Below are positions 36,155-48,873 of a stretch of DNA of 64,000 nucleotides, piece by piece (position 1 is the first letter of the stretch; every line of letters begins with the position of its first letter). The DNA comes from Squalus acanthias (taxonomy: Eukaryota). The DNA is taken from positions 133,116,001 to 133,180,000 of the forward strand of contig CM059431.1 in the NCBI GenBank assembly GCA_030390025.1, given 5' to 3'. Below the pieces are notes generated by a model. That model saw nothing but the letters and a program-made list of their open reading frames with translations, was not told the origin of the DNA and ran no database searches. The translations under genes were made by a program, and so were the position numbers.

Positions 36155-39100
36155 CTTGTCCTTTAGGGAAGGAAATCTTCCGCCATTACCCAGTGACTCC
36201 AGACCCACAGCAATAAGGTTGACTGTTAATTGCCCTCTGAAATGACCTAGCAAGCCACTCAGTTTTACCAAACCACTACAAAGAAGTATACTAAGAATAA
36301 AACTGGACGGACCACCCGGCATCGACCTAGGCACCGGACACGACAAAGGCACACCCAGCCCAGTTGTCGCTGCAAAGTCCTCCTCACAAACATCTGGGAA
36401 CTTGTGCCAAAATTGGGAGAGCTGTCCCACAGACTAGTCAAACAGCCTGACATAGTCATACTCACAGAATCATACCTTTCAGTCCCAGACTCCTCCATCA
36501 CCATCCCATGGAATGTTCTGTCCCACTGGCAGGACAGACCCACCAGAGGTGGCGGCAAAGTGGTATACAGTCGGGAGGGAGTGCCTCTGGGAGTCCTCAA
36601 CATTGACTCCAGACCCCATGAAGTCTCATGGCTTCAGGTGAAGCATAGGCAAGGAAATCTCCTGCTGGTTACCACCTGCCACCCTCCCTCAGCTGATGAA
36701 TCAGTACTCCTCCATGTTGAACACCACTTGGAAGAAGCACTGAGGATAGCAAGGGCACAGAATGTATTCTGGTTGGGGGGACTTCAATGTCCATCACCAA
36801 GAGTGGCTCGGTAGCACCACTACCGGTCGAGTCCTGAAGGACATAACTGCCAGACTGGGCCTGCGGCAGGTGGTGAGAGAACCAAACACGAGTGAAAAAC
36901 CTACTTGCCCTCGTTCTCCCCAATCTACCTGTCGCAGATGCATCTGTCCATGACAGTATTGGAAGGAGTGAACACCGCACAGTCCTTGTGGAGACAAAGT
37001 CCCGTCTTCACACTGAGGACACTCTCCATCATGTTGAGTGGCAGTACCAAAAAGGAGACCTATGCATGGAGGCAGAGGGTATGGCTGAGGTACTAAATGA
37101 GTACTTTGCATCTGTCTTCACCAAGGAAGAGGATGCTGCCATAGACATAGTGAAGGAGGAGACACTGGATAGGATAAAAATTGATAGAGTTATTAGAAAG
37201 GCTGGCTGTACTTGAAGTAGATAAGTCACCAGGAGCGGATGGGATGCATCCTAGGATGCTGAGGGAATTGAGGGTGGAAATCGCGGAGGTACTGGCCATA
37301 ATATTCCAATCCTCCTTAGATACGGGGGTGGTGCCAGAGGACTGGAGAATTGCAAATGTTACACCATTGTTCAAAAAAGGGTGTCAAGATAAACTCAGCA
37401 ACTACAGGTCAGTCAGTTTAACCTCGGTAGTGGGGAAGCTTTTAGAAACAGTAATCAGGGACAAAATTAACAGTCACTTGGATAGGTGTGGATTAATTAA
37501 GGAAAGCCAGCATGGATTTGTTAAAGGCAAATCGTGTTTAACCAACTTGATTGAGTTTTTTGATGAGGTAACAGAGAGGGTTGATGAGGGTAATGCGGTT
37601 GATGTAGTGTACATGGATTTCCAAAAGGCGTTCGACAAAGTGCCACATAATAGGCTTGCCAGCAAAGTTGAAGCCCATGGAATAAAAAGGACAGTGGCAG
37701 CATGCATACGAAATTGGCTAAGTGACAGAAAACAGAGAGTAGTAATGAACGGTTGTTTTTCGGACTGGAGGAAGGTATACAGCAGTGTTCCCCAGGGGTC
37801 GGTTCTAGGATCACTGCTTTTCTTAATATATATTAATGACTTGGATGTGGGTGTACAGGGCACAATTTCGAAATTTGCAGATGACACAAAACTTGGAAGT
37901 ATAGTGAACAGTGAGGAGGAGAGTGATAGACTTCAGGAAGACATAGGCTGGTGAAATGGGTGGACACGTGGCAGATGAAATTTAACACGGAAAAGTGTGA
38001 AGTGATACATTTTGGTGGAAAGAATGGGGAGAGGAAATATAAACGAAATGGTACAATCCTAAAGGGGGTGCACGAACAGAGAGACCTGGGGGTATGTGTG
38101 CACAAATTGTTGAAGGTGGCAGGGCAGTTTGAGAAAGCAGTTAAAAAGGCTTACGGGATCCTGAGCTTCATAAATAGAGGTATAGAGTACAAAAGTGTGA
38201 AAATTATGATAAACCTGTATAAAACACTGGTTCGGCCCCAACTGGAGTACAGTGTTCAATTCTGGGCACCACACTTTAGGAAGGGTGTGAAGGCCTTAGA
38301 GAAGGTGCAGAAAAGATTTACGAGAATTATTCCAGGAATGAAGGATAGATTGGAGAAGCTGGGGTTGTTCTCCTTGGAGCAGAGAAGATTGGGAGAAGCT
38401 TTGATAGAGATGTTCAAAATCATGAGGGGTCTGGACAGAGTAGATAGAAACTGTTCCCATTGGCGGAAGGGTCGAGAACCAGAGGACACAGTTCTAAGGT
38501 GATTGGCAAAAGAACCAAAGGCAACATAAGAATAAACTTTTTTACGCAGCGAGTGGTTCAGACCTGGAATGCACTTCCTGAAAGTGTGGTGGAGGCAGAC
38601 TCAATCTTATCTTTCAAAAGGGACTTAGATAAGTATTTGAAGGAAAAAAATTTGCAGGGCTATGGGAAAAGGGTGGGGAAGTGGGACTAGCTGGAGTCGG
38701 CACGGGCTCAACGGGTCTTCTTCCGTGCTGTAACAATTCTATGATTCTATACCACCATGCTAAATGGGATAGATTCAGAACAGATCTAGCAGCTCAAAAC
38801 TGGGCATCCACAAGGTGATGTGGGCCACCAGCAGCAGCAGAATTGTAGTCCACCACAATCTGTAACCTCATGACCTGGCATATCCCACTCTACCATTACC
38901 ATCAAGCCAGGGGACCAACCCTGGTTCAATGAGGAGTGCAGAAGAGCATGCCAGGAGCAGCACCAGGTGTACCTAAAAATGAAATACCAACCTGGGGAAG
39001 CGACAACACAGGACTGCATACATGCTAAATTGCGGAAACAGCATGCTATAGACAGAGCTAAGCGATCTCACAACCAACGGGTCAGATGAAAGCTCTGCAG

Positions 39101-39590
39101 TCCAGCCACATCCAGTTGTGAATGGTGGTGGACCATTAAATAACTAATGGGAGGAGGAGGCTTCATGAACATTCCCATCCTCAATGATGGTGAAGCCCGC
39201 ACATGAGTGCAAAAGACAAGGATAAAGCATTCGCAACCATCTTCAGCCAGAAGTGGCGAGAAATGATCCATCTCAGCCTTCTCCTTAGGTCCCCACCATC
39301 ACAGAAGCCAGTCTTCAGCCAATTCGATTCACTCCACGTGATATCAAGAAACAGCTGAATGTAGTGGATACAGCAAAGGCTATGGGCCCCGACAACATCT
39401 CGGCTGTCGCGCTGAAGACTTGTGCTCCAGAACTAGCCAAGCTATTCCAGTACAGCCACAACACTGGCATCTACCCGGCAAAGTGATGGAAGGTATCGTT
39501 AACAGTGCTATCAAGCGACACTTGCTCACCAATAACCTGCTCACTAATGTTCAGTTTGGGTTCCGCCAGGACCACTTGGCTCCAGACCTG
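36155..39590 (+). mobile_element. 5' part (APE endonuclease and linker) of a second CR1/L2-group LINE family, interrupted by CR1
   Basis: PKLGELSHRLVKQPDIVILTESYL, RGGG, GDFNVHHQEWLGS, SEHRTVLV; resumes at 38751 (PGDQPWFNEEC, KAMGPDNI); probably the same family as 60535-61552. Confidence 0.85.
37047..38750 (+). mobile_element. CR1 LINE, 5'-truncated, frameshifted ORF2
   Basis: ORFs 37181-37954 (RT, KFADDTKL), 37951-38502, 38460-38690; tail TTCTATGATTCTAT; TACCA at both junctions. Confidence 0.96.
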
Positions 39591-39960
39591 GAGTGACTTG
39601 GAACATATAAAGTTGTTAAGGGGCTTGACAGGGTAGATGCTAGGAGAATGTCTAGAACTAGGGATCACAGTCTCAGAATAAGGGGTCAGCCATTTAGGAC
39701 TGAGATGAGGAGAAATTTCTTCACTCAAAGGGTTGTGAATCTTTGGAATTCTCTACCCCAGAGGGCTGTGGGTGCTCAGTCGTTGAGTATATTCAAGACA
39801 GAGATCAATAGATTTTTCAATACTAAGGAAACCAAGGGATATGGGGTTAGTGCAGGAAGGTAGAGTTGAGATCGAAAACCAGCCATGATCTTATTGAATG
39901 GCGGTGCAGGCTCGAAGGGCCAAATGGCCTACTCCAGCTCCTATTTCTTATGTTCTTATG
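39590..39960 (+). mobile_element. CR1 3' fragment
   Basis: RTEMRRNFFTQRVVNLWNSLPQ; tail TTCTTATGTTCTTATG. Confidence 0.92.
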
Positions 39961-40179
39961 TAAATCTAAACACTTCGATTTAATTACTGCAACAGAGGCT
40001 TTAACTGTACATTGAACTAGAGAAATTAATACAGTATGTGAGGTAGAGCAAAAGTTATATCAGTGTTCATATAATACAATTAACTGAAAAATGTGCTAAG
40101 CATGCTATAAACAAATCATTTATACTAGCCTCAATGCCCTTTCCCCACTAATCCCCCCACCCCGCCCTCAAGATTTTGG

Positions 40180-40480
40180 TGCTCTCAGTGGAGTACAGTT
40201 CCATAGGCTCCAGTCACCCTCCAGTATCTTGCCCGAGCTTTGATTCGGAATGCTCACAGGTTATCCAACTGTAGAGGACGTCACAGGCATTCTTGATGCT
40301 GTTCTCGCCCAGAGTCTGGACATGCACTTCTAGTAGGTGTTCCTGTACAGCAATCAGGAATGGGATCTCCACTTGATTTCCCCATCTTTAATCTGGGTTG
40401 CTGTGACCAATTGTAGTTGACCAACTGGGATCAGCTAACAGCACAGACTCAGTATCAAACCTGGAGCCTTCTGGCCTGTG
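40180..40480 (-). mobile_element. Ancient SINE (AmnSINE2-like)
   Basis: Reverse complement reads CCAGGTTTGATAC..GTCTGTGCTGTTAGCTGATCCCAG..CTACAATTGG..; collinear with 11128-11412 and 42955-43125. Confidence 0.65.
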
Positions 40481-43400
40481 TTCAGAAACAAAACATTTAC
40501 CCAAAAGTTTCACATTACCTCATTCAGTATTATCCAATATAACCTGCTGGGTAATTCACTGTAGATTCAACAAAATCCCATTGAAAAAGTTAAGAGTTGA
40601 ATGGACACCTATCATACAAACAGACGTTCATTGCAACACTAAACCCACAATAGCACCAAGAAATTGAAATCTACAGATTAATTATTCAGGTAAATTACTA
40701 CATATGAGCTCTTTACCATAGAAGAAAAAATAGCTTTATTTTTGTTACAGGGAATATACAATTACAAGTATGTTTTATGTTAATCCTGGAGTTTAGTGTC
40801 TGAACCCAAAGATTGTTTGCCAGCACTTAAGTATCATCTAGTTTACGATTACTAATACAATGCATGGCAGAGTGCAGCCATGATTTACCAGGTACTTTTA
40901 GTAAGTCATATTTGTAATCAGCTATGGCTGATTTACAGGAATAGTTTAATTTAAGATTATTTCTAGCCTATGCTGTAACTGGCATGCTTACCCTATAATG
41001 CAGGAAATATTTCAAACAATGATAATAGTCAACATTTCATTTGGATGTAGTTAATCAAGTATTGTGACCCATCGTGATGAGCACAGACTTTACAACCACT
41101 TGCATATATTTAGCACCTTTAACATTCCAAGATCCTCAGAGCGGGAAGGAGAAAAACCCAAAGGGATCAAGACTTCCTAACTTAGATTTTAAATTGCAAC
41201 ATTTTTGATGTATGCTTCTCTGAAAAATAACAGGCTACATGTGTTTAAATGGGTTTGTGACCTGTCTCACTCGTTTTGATTATGAATCTCATTCATATTG
41301 TAATAATTCTAAAAATAAAAGTTCTGCTCAACTTTAATTTTGATTAAACAAGTCAAATTAAAAACTGGCTTTGAGATGCTGTGCTGATTTGTGAAACAAT
41401 TTTAACTATTCCGGAATTACCTAGAGAAGCACAGATGTTGACAACAATGTATTGTACATAACTTCACAGAAACATCAAACAAGGCTCTCCATAAACCATT
41501 GCACTACTGAAATTTTGTAAAGTGTCAAACAAAAGAGATTATAATAGAAGAGTACACTTTCATCTATTTTGTCAGAATACTTTATTACTAAATATTAATT
41601 GAATCCATATGTAAACATTACAACATATTTCAAATCAAAACCTGAATCAGCCATTATGGTGAAACATCTGTCATACACTCAGACGAGTGGCTCTACATCA
41701 ACACAGATCACATAACCCAGTCAAGTCTTCTCGATAAAAGCAATGTTTTAAAAAAAGTTTAATGTCAACTAGACCTGACCAGTCAGGTGTGTAACAAATT
41801 ATAATGAACAAGACACAGAACCAAAAAGTTAACTTAAGTTCAAATAAAGTACTATATATGGAGACTTTCTAGAATTGAGGTTTTATACAATACTGTGCAT
41901 CATCAGACTTGAAAGTAGAAATATTAGATCACAATAAAGCAACCTGCATAAAGTAAGCTAGTGTACACTTTCAGTGTCACGCATTGGGAGAAGAAAATAG
42001 AGGCATGTCGGGGGCAAAGTTTATCATAAAATATGTGGATTAGGCAAACTAAAAACAAAAAGTCACTCCTTATAGTCTTATTGTTAATCTTACTATATCT
42101 ATCATGTGGGCATAGTGCACTGAACACACTCAAACCATGATCACTTATAACCGCGATGAGTAAATAGCAAAAGATGTTCAAAGATGGCAGTTTTAACAAT
42201 TAAAAGCAACAAAAATAGTAGGAAATGTTGCAACAAAAGCACTGCTTATATGGGATCATTAATTTCAATGCAATCTTATGGCCAATTTAGGTTCACTCAT
42301 GCTATGTATGCAAACTTCTAAAAAATACAGTATCCTTTTTGTTTGTCCAAGTAGGTTTTATATGAGTACTAGCATTAGGAACTAAATCTATATGGCCTTT
42401 CTTATACTGTATACTGTATATGGTTGGTGGTTTATTAACCTACCTCTTTGACCAAGCTACTGGCCACCTTGGTGTCAAATTTTGTCTGCTAATGCTCCTG
42501 TAAAGTACCTTAGGACATTTTCCTGCATTAAAGGTACTATATAAATGCAAGCTGTTGTTCTTTTACAATTGGCTGCTTCCCTACTGGCTATCTTAGACAT
42601 CTGTATTTAACAAAATGAAGTCCATCTTGTATCTGTGTTGAATAGCAATTGATCTACACAGTTTAAAAAAAAGATGTCTCTACAATTTGAACCATATCTA
42701 AATTATAAATGTATTTCACTGGCTGCAGGTTGATACCAAGTTGGAACTATACCTAATGTAAAAATAAAATAAAAAGGAGATGCACATTTCATTTTAAATT
42801 ATATCTGACTTTACTGTGGTATTAAAGTACCTCAAAATCTGCATTTTATAAGAGGTTGTTAAAAATGTAACAGCTTCAGTCTGTATAAAATTGTTTAGTA
42901 CTTGAAATTGAAACTAACTTTTTTTAAATCCTGTATGTGTTCTAAGAATATGATGGTCAGGGCAGCAAATGGGGCACTGCAACTGGCCTCATCATCCCTG
43001 GGCTAGCGAAGAGGGGATAAATAGACAGGATTCCTGCCTTTTCATTGCTTTCCAGTGACCTCTGCTGGAAAGTTCACAAGTGAATGTTGGGCAAGGACAA
43101 GAGCAGATTCAACTGCGACACTGCTTCACAGGAGAACAGCCTGCCAATGTCTAGACTCACCAATAGGAACAACAGAAATTGTTTTTGAAAGGATTTTTAG
43201 GAATAGGCAAAGGCTGATAGGCCAATGACTCCGTCCCTTTTTTGATAGATGAATGACACATAGGAGCTTAACATTTTTTAGGAACAGTGGGAAAAAAAAT
43301 GAAGAGGGTTCGTGGTACTTTTGAAACCTCACTCCAGCATATGTTAGTGCCTTCAGAAGAGATGGGGAGAAATTAGAGAAAAAAATGACGGTATTCTATT

Positions 43401-43664
43401 TTTGGTCTGATGATGGTTATTTTGAACAAATACAGGAAAGCATAAGTAATTATTGGGTAATTTAAAGTTATGCTTTATTCTGGTTGGCCAGGAAAGTTGT
43501 GACTGATCATGAACAATCTTGATCACATTAAATTTTTTTTGAAGCATTTAAAAACATTTTCACAGCTGATTATTTTAATGAGAATTTTGAATTGTTCTGT
43601 ACAAATACATGCATCGTTTATATTAGCGGCACCAAATGCACTGTTTACAAAGTAATTGACAAAG

Positions 43665-44047
43665 GTGTGCCAGCTTTGTTTAATTAGTAGCACTTATACC
43701 TTTGGGCCAGAAGGTCATGGTTTAAAACTATTCCAGGACTTGATCCCATAATCTAGACTGAGGCTCCATTGCAGTACTAAGGGAGTGCTGCAATGTTGGA
43801 GGTGTTGTCCTTTGGATGAGATGTTAAACTAAGATCCTGTCTGTTCAGGTGGATGTTACGTATCCCATGGTACTGTTCAAAAAGGAACAGGGGAGTGTTC
43901 CTGGCCTCCCTCAACCAATACCACAAAAAAACTGATCATTTATCTCATTGTTTGGGAATGTTGCGAGCACAAAATGGCTGCCATGTTTGTTTACACAACA
44001 CTTCACAAATTGAAGCATTCCAAGATGTGTTGATGCTACATAAATGC
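43665..44047 (+). mobile_element. Old diverged DeuSINE
   Basis: GCAGTACTAAGGGAGTGCTGCA, CTTTGGATGAGATGTTAAAC, CAGGTGGATGT, tail CTACATAAATGCA. Confidence 0.8.
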
Positions 44048-47000
44048 ACATGATATTATACATGGTCTGTGGATGTTCATTTTTGCTTGGTAGGGAGATT
44101 AAAGTTTACAGCTAGAAGGAGCCCAGATTAGACAAATTTGAATAATAGTATGAAACCTAGGCTGCTTTCACATTGACCTTAGATGGGTGTTAAATGCACC
44201 AGTTATCAACATGCAAGTCTTGCACACCTGGTAAACTTGCCAGATCCACAAAATCCAGCCACTGCGAAGACACTGCAAAAAAAACCATTGCAGGTTTCTC
44301 CCAGTGGAGTATATGTCTGTATACAATGCTTGTATTTGTAAAAAAGTGGTAACAGATTTCCAGCAGCTTTAAAACCAGGAGCAGGAAGTTTGCATTTTTG
44401 ATTTAGAGCCAGAGAGTAGTTAAAATGCCTACATGGTGAATTTTCCGAGTAAACTGGTCTGCTAATTACTCCTATTTTAATACAGAACACCCAGAATTCC
44501 CAATTGTGAAAAAGGGTTTACAACCAAAATTTGTTAATCCATCTCTTCCCTTTTTAGGTGCTGATGGACCTGTTGGGTATTTCCGATATTTTCTATTTTT
44601 ACTTGCTGTTCAATTAAACCACCGCAACTAATTCCTTATCACCACAAAAGAGATTTTCCAACTACTAGATTATTCAGGATTCTCTTCTGATGATCTGGTG
44701 TGAGGTTGCAAGCTGAAATATGGATGTGAAGATTTAATGATAACATTTCACCGATTAGATTGTAGAAAAGTTCTCTCTCCTCACATCATTCCCCCATTCC
44801 TGCTTCATCTCTTTCTCTTTATCTGGGGGAATTGACAAGAGTTCAAACATTTTCCTCCTGCCCCTAGTATACATGTTTTGATAGACTAGGCTATTGAGAA
44901 GAAAAATCTATGTTTGCCTAAAGCACTATCCTAAACCAAGAAAATATTCAAACCGGGATCAAATTCAACAAGGATTCAAAATTCAGCTGGAAAGACTGGT
45001 TACATATAAGGATAATTCTTAAAAATATCAGTTACGAGTGAACTATATTAACAATGTCACAATGGAGAAAATGCTCATGTTTTAAGTAAGCGTATAGATG
45101 TTTAATGGTCACGACAGAATGCTGATTGTTATGTACAAGATAAAAAGTACATGTTTAGATTTTACATCATACCCCTTCCAGCTGATAACCAGTTATCTGA
45201 TTAGGAAAAAAATGCCAAAAGTAAAATTCTGGCTAAAATCAAAGGTATGAATCCACGATGTGGAAACAGGATATTAATAAATGTTGGTTAATAGATTATA
45301 GCATCTGTAGGATCTCTGAAGTATTTGCACAGATTACAAAAGGTATAAGGCAAACATTTCACACAAACTAAAGCAATAAACAGTAAAATTAATATACACA
45401 TAGACATTATGATTCAAACACAAAACTCACTATTCATTATGGAAACCTGTATAACCCAGTTCGATTAAGGGAAAATTCACAACTGCATTTAATTCCTTCC
45501 TCAATTTTAAAATAGTAATAATTTGCAGCTTACGCTTCTTTATGTATAAAGTAGAAAATTCAATAAAATCAACTAACAGTGGCCACATAAATGGAGTTTC
45601 GAGTGAATCCAGTTTAAAAATGCACCGTGAATGGTCTTGGATCAACTCTAATTTAGATCAATATATACATCACTTTTCCTGAGCTGAATCAACCATTTAG
45701 TCTGTGAACAGATGTAGAAGCAGGGCAAGTTGGTTTGAGTATAACTGATTCATTGCTTCTGACTCAGTCTAACCACTTGCATAATCCAGCATTTATGATG
45801 TATGTTGTCAGCTTTGAAGCATTTACAAAGATTCACTCTTTTACATATTTGAAAATGGTTCTTGTTACAAAGCACATAGACTCCTTTGATAATGATTTTT
45901 TCAGTGCTTTACTAGTTGCTTTTCATATTAATACACATACTCCTAGTTTATTTTCAGTTTGGACCTAAACACCATCAGTATCAACCCATACAAAGTTATT
46001 ATATTCAACGATGGCCTGAAATCTAATCAAAATAATCTTTGGACCCATAGTAACCCTGAGCAATGAAAGCAAACGTGCACATAAAACAGCACCCTATTGC
46101 ACTTCTAATAGGACTTAAATTAATCAGCATAATAACATTTTCCTTGAAATGTTTTAATGCATTTATTATTCTTAAGTATCTAAACAGAAGGACTGTCATT
46201 TGAAGGCATTGGGGAAACTGTTGAAACACAGTATGCTATTTAACCAAACTTCTTATAATTTCATCCAAAATAAATGCTGCTTAACCCTGTTATCCTGAAC
46301 AGCACGAATCACGACAGCAGAATTTTGGTAAAAAAAAATACGGTGTAGTTAAGGGATTAACCAGCTGAGAAATTAAATGCCATTTAAAGAAAGCGTAAAA
46401 ACAAATCATCCATGGCGAAATATTACAATGAAGATTCCTTATCGCATGTTATTGCTTTACCTCATTCCTTTTCTTATAATGACACCTAATAACTTCTACC
46501 GTACTAAAGAACAGTAAAATGCAGTAATGTGGCCCATCTTAGGTATAAACAGACCATTTGTCCAGCTTTGGTAACTTTTATTATTGCTACTAAGGCACCG
46601 AGTACTTCAAAATGTAGAAAGCTATTCCAGTTGAAGACTAAAGAAACCAGTTCAACTGAAGTTTTTAAAAAATAAAATAATCTCAAAAAAAAATTGCATT
46701 GGCATTGCCACTAAATTCAAGTTGAAATTTTCAAGAAGAATAACTGGCAGTAGGAGGACAAGTTCTATTGCCTGATGCAATCAAATCAAGTACGAGGCTT
46801 CATTGCTCCTGCATCACTTTAGACAAGGTGGTCCGAGTGCGACAACATTTATAAGTTCTTCTTGGTCAACAATTTTTCCTGTGTATGTTGTTTGGGTTTG
46901 TTGTGTAAATTTTTAATCTGTAAATGTGGTTTTTAGTTACACTTGCTTGTGCATTCAACAGATTTCACTTTTAGCCGAGTCTTGCCATATTTCTAAAAAT

Positions 47001-48738
47001 GACATAGAATAAAGTTTGCTTTGAACTATTGAATTTTCTGGTGTCCAGCTAACTCTCACCTAAAATGAAACCTGTAAAATGTAGACCTTTGATGCAATTA
47101 AAACTTGCCAATTAAGCAAAAGTAGTTTATTGCTTGTGACAATTAAGAACTAGGAAAAACTGTCAATAAAGAATATATAAACTTTACACTATCTGAGATC
47201 TTTAATTTTTATGTGAACCTCTGATCTATAGCAGACAATATGGTAAAAGTAACAGTGAAGTACTTGTACACTATCCATGGTCTGCATGAACTCTGAATTA
47301 ATAGACCAGGAATATTGAATAAACTGGGCCTTAGCATAAAATATGGATGGCAATTTATTTTGGTCGGGGTGGGGGGCAACCTACAGCGATAGTAGTCGCA
47401 TGTAAATTCTATACAAGCCTGACTTGGATCACCCAGTCCACCACGATAAGAGGTAATCATGAAGTCAACGCACTTCAATTATTAAAGGGGAAATTTCTCT
47501 CCCGCCCAAATTTTTATATAGCTCTCCGGTTTAAAAAAAAAGTTTGATGTATTTGATACTATCTTTTTGGAGACAAGAGTCCATTTTAGACAACAGAATA
47601 AGTATATCTTTCTGTTTGATCTCAAGCTGAAATTCATATTTTATATTGCTAAATGCTGCAAACTGTAATAAAATCAGGTCCAATAATGAAGAGATGGAAT
47701 TTTACCCATTCTACAAGTCGTGTTTCTTTATGTTAAACAATGCTTTCTGTAAAAGATTATGCCGTAAGCGTTTTTTTTTTTAACTGTTAGAACACAGATG
47801 TACCACTCCGCTCTGTCTTCTGCTCATAGTGATGTCTCAAAGACAATACTGTTAGGCGATACAATTGCTGAACCATTGGCTAGTATTTGGTCAGTCTGTG
47901 CTCCTTCTAAAGATTTCCTTTTCAAGTGCGCCTGTCAAAGGAAAGAAAAACAGAATCTTGAAATGGGTTTCTGAACATATTCCAGCAAGTTCTCATAATC
48001 CTATTATTTCAAGTGTAATAAAAAAGTCTCAAATGTCAGTAATTCCTAGTTGTTCCATTCTTGAACTGTGAAACAGATACACTAAACCCTTTGATTAGAA
48101 CCATTTTTCTTAGCTCACTGTGTACAGTAAAGAATGGGATATTTTCCTCACACTTTCACTCAATGTCAGCACCAAGCATTCTCAGATCAGGTGCAGGTTA
48201 AAGTGCCTTCCACAGATCCTCAACAACATGCCTTAATCCAACCTCAACTCTGATATGTTTATTTCCTAGAACAACCAGCCTTGTGGACTCTCTGACAGAA
48301 TAGCTAATTTGTAAGGAAATATGGGCAGTTCTGAGATGGGCTGAATGGCCTCCTTCTGTGCCGTTATGACTCTATGAGTGATTTTTGACCCATTGGGCCT
48401 AAATTCTATCCTAGCTCGAATATTGAATTGGCAGTATTCAGCCCAACACATCAGCCAGTTCCCTTCATTTGCATTATATGATTTTTGGAATATTTTCTTG
48501 CAATTTATGTTGGACTTTTTGATCACACAAGTTATTTAGTCAGGTCGCTTGCTGGATGTTAGTATTTATTTGTCTGCCATTGTATAGCTTTCATTTTTGT
48601 CAAAAAATGCTCCTGTAATCCTCAAAAGGTTAAAAATCAGCTTCACTTAGTGGATTATCCAGGAATTGAGAAGATCAGTCCATGGATTTAGGGTGGATTT
48701 CACAATCACAAACCTATCACTGTCACTGCAACGTAGTA

Positions 48739-48873
48739 AGGTACATGTTGTAAAATGAGGCTCCCAATGTCAAGCTTCGCTTGTCTGGAGCATGGAGCAG
48801 ATAATTGGGCACAGAGGTCAGTGCGCCCAATTCTCCACTCTGCACTGGGAGCCTCATTTCACAAAATATACCC
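48739..48873. repeat. ~135-bp fold-back (MITE-like hairpin)
   Basis: TTGTAAAATGAGGCTCCCAATG vs CACTGGGAGCCTCATTTCACAA (20/22 complementary); inner AATTGGGC...GCCCAATT. Confidence 0.75.

Noticed and set aside
44158..44518. Old DNA transposon with GGCTGCTTTCACA / TGTGAAAAAGGG ends
   Set aside because: The inverted match is too weak and there is no TSD or second copy in the window.
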